Positions 8,613 through 13,672 of a stretch of 13,672 bases of DNA are shown here, one piece after another; position 1 is the first letter of the stretch; each line of letters begins with the position of its first letter. The notes under the pieces were generated by a model. The model was given only the letters and a program-made list of their open reading frames with translations, ran no database searches and was not told the origin of the DNA. Origin of the DNA: Phycisphaerales bacterium. GTDB lineage: Bacteria > Planctomycetota > Phycisphaerae > WQYP01. The position numbers and the translations under genes are program-made. The stretch is from the NCBI GenBank assembly GCA_027451365.1, contig DAIDJN010000028.1, positions 1 through 13,672 on the forward strand. The letters are read 5' to 3'.

Positions 8613-9080
8613 TCAGGCCAGACGGGCCGAAATCATCCACTGTCCCGGACTGTCGGTGGGGGGGCGAAAAAGGAGGTTGAGAGTCGCAGATAATCCGACA
8701 AGGGTTACGTTCAGCGAGGAATTGTCGGATGAGTGGACGATCAGTCGGCCGCGGTCAATTTGTGTGACATGGCCACGATTATTGGAAATTGGGCCTTGGT
8801 AATCCAGGTAAATTCGGCGGTGGTCGGGCAGGGGATATGCGGGCAGCCACCGAGGGGCCTGGTCGGGCGGGCTGGGCCAGGCGGAGGGCGGGCTGTGAAT
8901 TCGCCATGTGGCCAAACCTGTTTTACCGGGTAATTCCAGCAAAAGGTCCCAATGCGTATCCTGTGGTGTCACATGCCGGAGAATTGCAAAGGCCAAATTT
9001 TGGCCGTCAGAGGGGCCATCGCCCGGCGCAGTGACCGGGGAAGCGGGGGGGGAGAATTTGCTGGAGTCTTGCCAAACCAC
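8613..9080 (-). CDS. Stand-alone LigD N-terminal 3'-phosphoesterase (PE)-like domain protein
   Basis: FAILRH...HWDLLLE...LATW...PDHRRIYLDYQGPI...RGHVTQIDRG matches the LigD_N pattern (FVVQxH, HYDxRLE, LxSW, EDHPxxYxxFEGxI, GxVxxWDxG). Start uncertain: GTG 9080 or TTG 8996. Confidence 0.8.
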   Translation of the reverse strand: MVWQDSSKFSPPASPVTAPGDGPSDGQNLAFAILRHVTPQDTHWDLLLELPGKTGLATWRIHSPPSAWPSPPDQAPRWLPAYPLPDHRRIYLDYQGPISNNRGHVTQIDRGRLIVHSSDNSSLNVTLVGLSATLNLLFRPPTDSPGQWMISARLA

Positions 9081-9096
9081 GGTTCAATGATACCAT
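9069..9096 (+). promoter_or_regulatory. Putative sigma70 promoter with extended -10 for the TPR gene
   Basis: TTGCCA (9069-9074), 16 bp, TACCAT (9091-9096), preceded by TGn (9088-9090). Confidence 0.5.
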
Positions 9097-9126
9097 CAGT
9101 AAATGGAAAACCTAGCGGAGTTCAAC

Positions 9127-9819
9127 ATGACCGGAAAAATGATGCGGATTAAGGCTTGTTCTTCAATAACGAAGAAACTATTCACCCTTGCAATTGTTAT
9201 TAGCGCTGGCGCGCTGGCCGGGTGCCAATCACCCGCGATGAAGTTGCGCAACGAAGGGCTGCGACTCTATCACCAGCATAAATATGCCGCGGCATTGGTA
9301 AAATTCAACCAATCTCTGAAATACAACGAATCCCAGCCGAGGGGTAATTATTACGCGGGCGCATCGGACTACATGCTGGGCCGGTATGAACAGTCGCAGT
9401 ATCACTACAAAATGGCGTGGCGCGTGGATCCCAATTATGGTCACGTGAAGAGCGCCTTGGCTGAAGCACTGATTAAGAGTGGCAAGCCCAATGAGGCAAT
9501 GAATTTTCTGGAACGCGATGCGGCGCTGACCCAGCGGCCGGCGGGGCGGCTTCGCGTGGCACGGTTCTATGAAAAGCTTGGTGATCTGGATGATGCCCGG
9601 GCGAACTATATGAAGGCGGCCCAAATGGCGCCGTCCGATGCGAACATTCAATTGCAGACCGCGCAGTTTTTTGACCGGATCGGGCAAAAATCCTTAGCCG
9701 GGAAATATTACTCCAGGGCTTACAAAATAAATCCGGCGCTGCCCGGCCTTGTCCCGGCGATGCTTCATGATGGTTTAACCATATCCGACGTTTATGGGCC
9801 TGCCACGACGCGTCCCTGA
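9127..9819 (+). CDS. Tetratricopeptide-repeat lipoprotein, ~230 aa
   Basis: Signal peptide with lipobox LAGC; several TPR-like units (AALVKFNQSLKYN, YKMAWRVDPNY, YMKAAQMAPSD, YSRAYKINP). ATG 9127 has a GGAG SD (9117-9120); in-frame ATG 9103 is an alternative. Confidence 0.88.
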   Translation: MTGKMMRIKACSSITKKLFTLAIVISAGALAGCQSPAMKLRNEGLRLYHQHKYAAALVKFNQSLKYNESQPRGNYYAGASDYMLGRYEQSQYHYKMAWRVDPNYGHVKSALAEALIKSGKPNEAMNFLERDAALTQRPAGRLRVARFYEKLGDLDDARANYMKAAQMAPSDANIQLQTAQFFDRIGQKSLAGKYYSRAYKINPALPGLVPAMLHDGLTISDVYGPATTRP

Positions 9820-9972
9820 TCCTTGGCGGAATGAACAGGCCTATTGAATGTGGCCGCAGGTCAAAAAACTTTGCGGTCGCAGTTGGGTAATGGGTTCTTC
9901 GCAGATAATCGAAAACATTCTGGTGCGGCTGGGTGCAGCGGTATCCAGACGCGCTCCTTGCAGGTCTGAATT

Positions 9973-10563
9973 ATGATCGAATCCGCCAGTCATCGATGTA
10001 TTGAGCTGCTAGAGGCTGATCGCGATGTGCTGTATTCGACTGCCCAAAGTTGCGCGGCGCCTGACTATGCTGAGAGCCTCCTTCAACAGGCGGTTCGTCA
10101 GGTATTTAAGGAGTTTGTGGAACAAAAAGTTTCCGAGCGTGATTTCCCGCAGCAGGTAATAGCGGTGTTGCAGCGGAATCGGACCGTCTCGCCGGAAAGT
10201 ACCCGATTGCAAACCGTAAACGCAGGCGTCATGCCTGCTGGTGCGTGGGCAAGATTAACGGCGGCGGTGCAGATAGAAGCGGCACGGCTGGGCGGCGCGG
10301 CGGAACAGTCGATGCTGGCATATGACCCGCTGCTGGCACCGAAAAAGAAGAAATCCTCTGATGATGATCTGGTTGAGGGATTCAACCTTTCCCCATGGAC
10401 GCGATTTGTGGTGGCTGCCGCGATTGTGCTGTTTATCGGAATTGTGGCTTCCATTATTTTAACGACACATGCGGAAAGTAAGCCCGCGGCCAACCCCTCT
10501 GCAGCGTCAATGCCTCGTGGAACGACGGGTGCAGTCCCCGCGGACAGAATGGTACACCCGTAA
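9973..10563 (+). CDS. Hypothetical single-pass membrane protein, 196 aa
   Basis: Fills the gap co-directionally; its stop codon directly abuts the next ATG (10564). One TM helix (FVVAAAIVLFIGIVASIIL) preceded by a PKKKK basic patch. Confidence 0.8.
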   Translation: MIESASHRCIELLEADRDVLYSTAQSCAAPDYAESLLQQAVRQVFKEFVEQKVSERDFPQQVIAVLQRNRTVSPESTRLQTVNAGVMPAGAWARLTAAVQIEAARLGGAAEQSMLAYDPLLAPKKKKSSDDDLVEGFNLSPWTRFVVAAAIVLFIGIVASIILTTHAESKPAANPSAASMPRGTTGAVPADRMVHP

Positions 10564-11289
10564 ATGGCCGGACAGATGCAGCAGACAGGCAATGGTTCTC
10601 CTCCGCTGGTAAGTCGTTTTACGGTGCAGACGCATCGCTTTGATATTGCCGGCCGCACACTGGATATTATCGCGCCTAAAGACCCGGATTCACTGCTGGA
10701 TGATCCGGTAACCGAACGGCGTTACAAAGCGGATAATTATTTACCCTACTGGCCGGTAATTTGGCCCAGCAGTCTGATGCTTGCTCATCGGATTGCCCAG
10801 TCCGACGAATCTCCTCCAGCGAGCAATGCCGGGGGCGCTTGTCGGCCGCGGGCACTGGAACTCGGATGTGGACTGGGCATTGCGGGCGTGGCCGCTGGAT
10901 GGCGCGGCTGGCATGTAACATTTACCGATTATGATCCTGAGGCGATCGATTTTGCCCGGCATAATGCGGCGATTAACCAAATAAAAACCGATGCGGTGGA
11001 CGCGTTTCAGATGGACTGGCGAAGTCCGGTTGAAAAAAAGTTTGACTGGATTATTGCATCAGACGTGTTGTATGAGCGGCGGCTTCACGCCATTTTGCTA
11101 AACGCCATTAAACGACTGCTGGCACCCGGGGGCACCGTATGGATCAGTGATCCTGGCCGCAACAGTGCGGAAGATTTTCCGATACTCGCGGTGCTGGAAA
11201 ATTTCACCGTCAGTGAGGGGCCGTTGAAATGGCATGGAGATCCGGGGGTACAGAAAGATGGCATGCTTTATCGGCTGACGATTCAGTAA
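10564..11289 (+). CDS. Class I SAM-dependent methyltransferase, METTL21/Methyltransf_16 (protein-lysine methyltransferase-like), 241 aa
   Basis: LPYWPVIWPSSLMLA, motif I ALELGCGLG, post-I VTFTDYD, MDW, and FDWIIASDVLYE (DxxY post-motif II typical of this family). Confidence 0.88.
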   Translation: MAGQMQQTGNGSPPLVSRFTVQTHRFDIAGRTLDIIAPKDPDSLLDDPVTERRYKADNYLPYWPVIWPSSLMLAHRIAQSDESPPASNAGGACRPRALELGCGLGIAGVAAGWRGWHVTFTDYDPEAIDFARHNAAINQIKTDAVDAFQMDWRSPVEKKFDWIIASDVLYERRLHAILLNAIKRLLAPGGTVWISDPGRNSAEDFPILAVLENFTVSEGPLKWHGDPGVQKDGMLYRLTIQ

Positions 11290-11315
11290 ACAGGGCCGCT
11301 GCCGGAGAATGTGGT

Positions 11316-12095
11316 ATGGCCACAACCCGCTTTTATATTCCAAACCTTGGCTTGGGCGAAACAGCCCTGCCGGACGATCAGGACCATCATGCGCGGCATG
11401 TGCTGCGGATGCGGGATGGTGAGACGGTGATTGCCTTTAATGGCCGCGGCTTTTGGGCGACGGGGCGACTGGTCATCGGGCGGCGCGAAAGCTGTTTCAT
11501 AACCGCTGGGCCGCTGCGACAGGATTTGCCTCCGCGCGTGCGCGTGACTGTGGCATCGGCCACGCCCAAGGCGGATCGAGCAATGCAAATGGTCGAGCAA
11601 TTAAGCCAGATCGGCGTGCAGCGGCTGGTTTGGCTTAACACGGAATTCGCCGTCGTGCATCCAGATAAGGAGGGCGGAAAAATGGCGAAATTCCGTCGCG
11701 CTGCCGCGGAATCAGCCAAGCAGTGCGGGCGCAATTTTGTGATGGAAATTGACGGGCCTGTCGCCTTGGTCGACCTTCTTAGCCAGGCCGGAGCGGACAC
11801 GAATGACTTTTTGTGGGGCCAACCGACTGCGGAAAAATCGATTTTTGAATGGCTGATCAAAACGGCTGACTTAAAAGCTGCCGTCGATGGTCATATCAGC
11901 ACGGACGGCGGGAAACCTGCAAGTTATGCTCCCACGGTATTGATCGGGCCCGAGGGCGGATGGAGCGACACGGAAACCAGGCTGCTTTCCGCCGACCACC
12001 GTGTGCACGCGGTGCGTCTTACTTCAACAGTGCTTCGTATGGAAACCGCAGCGGTGGTGGCGGCGGCGATAATCTCCTGCGCGGCCGGCAACTGA
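11316..12095 (+). CDS. rsmE: 16S rRNA (uracil(1498)-N3)-methyltransferase RsmE, ~259 aa
   Basis: RFY, HHARHVLRMRDGE, K..EQLSQIGV, ESAKQCGR, LIGPEGGWS and VLRMETAA SPOUT motifs. ATG 11316 has a GGAG SD (11304-11307). Confidence 0.96.
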   Translation: MATTRFYIPNLGLGETALPDDQDHHARHVLRMRDGETVIAFNGRGFWATGRLVIGRRESCFITAGPLRQDLPPRVRVTVASATPKADRAMQMVEQLSQIGVQRLVWLNTEFAVVHPDKEGGKMAKFRRAAAESAKQCGRNFVMEIDGPVALVDLLSQAGADTNDFLWGQPTAEKSIFEWLIKTADLKAAVDGHISTDGGKPASYAPTVLIGPEGGWSDTETRLLSADHRVHAVRLTSTVLRMETAAVVAAAIISCAAGN

Positions 12096-12175
12096 AACCA
12101 TCGGTCGTCCAGTCGCGTTATCAATAGTGTCAGATTTCGCAATGTGCCATTATTTTCAGTGCTCGGAATGCACGT

Positions 12176-12412
12176 TCATCTTACCCAGTGACCAGGCACC
12201 CATTGATACCGCCCCCAGCGTGGACGCCAGACATAATGGGCGCGTATCCAGACAGCGCCGGGCCAGGGCGCTGCGGGAACATAATACGCCCCCGGTGGCG
12301 GGGGTGGCGGACCGGGCGGCCCCGGACGTGCGACCACCACAGTGCGACATCCTGCGGAAAAAAGTGATCCGGTCAGTACGGCACCGGCAGCAAGTATGGC
12401 GAATGACTTCAT
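12176..12412 (-). CDS. Small proline-rich WXXGXW/YXWGXW-repeat lipoprotein, 78 aa
   Basis: Perfect AGGAGG SD before ATG 12412; signal MKSFAILAAGAVLTGSLFSAGC with lipobox; PGPPGPPPPPPG; repeats VWIRAHYVW and YQWVPGHW. Confidence 0.88.
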   Translation of the reverse strand: MKSFAILAAGAVLTGSLFSAGCRTVVVARPGPPGPPPPPPGAYYVPAAPWPGAVWIRAHYVWRPRWGRYQWVPGHWVR

Positions 12413-12470
12413 GGGAACCTCCTGTTGGTGAATAGACGGCGGTCGGGTCGTCCGCGAAACTAACGGCCAG

Positions 12471-12499
12471 AGAATCCAATAGTTGCACCGCGTCGTCAA
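12471..12499 (-). promoter_or_regulatory. Possible promoter of the WXXGXW lipoprotein gene
   Basis: On the minus strand, TTGACG (12499-12494), 17 bp, GATTCT (12476-12471), with an A tract upstream. The -10 is weak. Confidence 0.3.
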
Positions 12500-12618
12500 C
12501 ATTTTTTTGGAATATTTGAGGCCGCTTTTTTTAGGGGGCCATTTCACGTAGGCTATCTGCAACGAAGCCGGGGACGGGAATTTGAGTCCGATAAACGTCT
12601 ATCTTCCGGAGTGAATAA

Positions 12619-13672
12619 ATGCTCGCATTGAAATGTGTTGATTTGCACAATGCCGGCCGACGGCAACATCGCTGGTATGGCGGTCTTTTGGCCGGTGGAT
12701 CGAGTCTGTTCTTGATATTAGCTTCCGGAAAAGCTTTTGGTCTGGCTATTATCCCGACATTTGTAAACGGCGCCGGTCAGACTTGGAACACCACCGAAGA
12801 AACGGTGGTGGATGAAGCAATTGCGAGTTGGACCGGCCGGATTCTGGATAATCAGACAGTGAATGTGTCCCTGGACTTCACCAATGCAGGCACCAGTTCC
12901 AATACCTATCTGGGTGAAGCTGTGACATCTTATTCGGAATTTGATGGAACGGATATTTATCCCTGGACGCCCGGCGTGACCCAGGTGATTCATATTAATG
13001 CCGATGCGATGACCTCGGGTATATCCGGCGATACATTGGCTTTTATCGATCAGAGCGGGACTGTCGCGAACAATCAATTTGACGCATTAAGTATTTTGCG
13101 TCATGAAATGGGGCACATGCTGGGGTTTGTGGACGGGATTTATTACGATAATTTTGGCCTGACCACACAAGTGGATAAATATGCGTCCCATGTTACGGTT
13201 AGCGGTTCGGCGGCAACCTTCGATCTGGGCGGTTTGAATGTTCCGCTGGACAGTTCCAGTGATATAGACCATACCTCCGCCAGCGGTATTACCGCCGGCG
13301 ATCTGATGAATCCAGCGCTGCCCAACGGCACGCGCCGCGACATAAGCCAGATTGACCTGAATGTTCTGCATTTGGCCTATGGCTATCAGATTACACAGTC
13401 CCTGATATGGGATGCCGGCCAGACCGGTATTGGTTCGGATGGATCGGGCAACTGGACCACGGCCGCCACCAATTGGAGTCTGGCTGGCGCGTCCAGCGCA
13501 TGGATCAATGCTTCAACTGCGGTTATAGGCAATGGCGGCACCGCAGGGGTGATTACAATCGCATCAACGGGCATTACAGTCAGCGGCATCACGTTTAACC
13601 CGGTCAGTGCAACTTCGCCGGGACAGTACACCATTGTCGGCAGTTCAACCAATAATTTAACCCTGACGGGCA
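12619..13672 (+). CDS. Secreted zinc metalloprotease (metzincin) fused to an autotransporter-passenger-like beta-strand repeat region; partial, runs off the 3' edge
   Basis: Translated by hand; absent from the ORF track because there is no stop. GGAG SD (12608-12611), ATG 12619, 351 open codons. Signal-like MLALK...LLAGGSSLFLILASGKAFG, then FDALSILRHEMGHMLGFVD (H162 at 13102), DIDH (H218), Met-turn DLMNP (M230), then LIWDAGQTGIGSDGSGNWTTAATNW and G/S/T/N-rich strands (ITVSGITF, NLTLTG). Confidence 0.9.
   Translation, partial: MLALKCVDLHNAGRRQHRWYGGLLAGGSSLFLILASGKAFGLAIIPTFVNGAGQTWNTTEETVVDEAIASWTGRILDNQTVNVSLDFTNAGTSSNTYLGEAVTSYSEFDGTDIYPWTPGVTQVIHINADAMTSGISGDTLAFIDQSGTVANNQFDALSILRHEMGHMLGFVDGIYYDNFGLTTQVDKYASHVTVSGSAATFDLGGLNVPLDSSSDIDHTSASGITAGDLMNPALPNGTRRDISQIDLNVLHLAYGYQITQSLIWDAGQTGIGSDGSGNWTTAATNWSLAGASSAWINASTAVIGNGGTAGVITIASTGITVSGITFNPVSATSPGQYTIVGSSTNNLTLTG

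Noticed and set aside
9850..9880. Hairpin GTGGCCGCAGG / TTTGCGGTCGC after the TPR gene as a terminator
   Set aside because: Many G-U pairs and no U tail; at most a pause or stability element.
10098..10658. 186-aa minus-strand ORF
   Set aside because: Antisense to the better-supported + strand genes that abut at 10563/10564.
12127..12488. ORFs 12127-12435 (+), 12156-12488 (-) and the upstream extension of the lipoprotein to 12562
   Set aside because: The 78-aa frame from 12412 has the SD, signal peptide and family motif; the others are shadows.
12718..13652. Minus-strand ORFs 12718-13077, 13087-13371 and 13386-13652
   Set aside because: Antisense to the continuous + strand metalloprotease frame starting at 12619.

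Overview
Chromosomal window from a planctomycete, probably class Phycisphaerae (inferred from 16S rRNA 3'-end signatures and a DUF1559/H-X9-DG pilin-like gene). It opens with the last ~231 nt of a 16S rRNA gene. No tRNA or 23S follows; instead there is a ~360-nt highly structured trailer and a strong intrinsic terminator, so this is an unlinked 16S gene, and its helix 44 is ~19 nt shorter than in E. coli. Protein genes in order: CHX/Kef-type cation:H+ antiporter with USP-like tail (+); Tat-exported six-hairpin glycosidase-like protein (-); prepilin-type DUF1559/H-X9-DG protein (-); MATE transporter (+); stand-alone LigD 3'-phosphoesterase-like protein (-); TPR lipoprotein (+); hypothetical membrane protein with sigma/anti-sigma-like segments (+); METTL21-like methyltransferase (+); rsmE (+); small Pro-rich WXXGXW lipoprotein (-); and a secreted metzincin/beta-helix fusion that runs off the right edge and is missing from the ORF track (+). 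A ~770-bp gap at 5232-5997 holds a degenerate inverted-repeat (REP/MITE-like) element. No CRISPR, transposase, integrase or defence island is visible. No clearly new multi-gene system can be proven from sequence alone. The best leads are the structured 16S trailer with the shortened h44, the sigma-like membrane protein/methyltransferase/rsmE unit, and the metzincin fusion.
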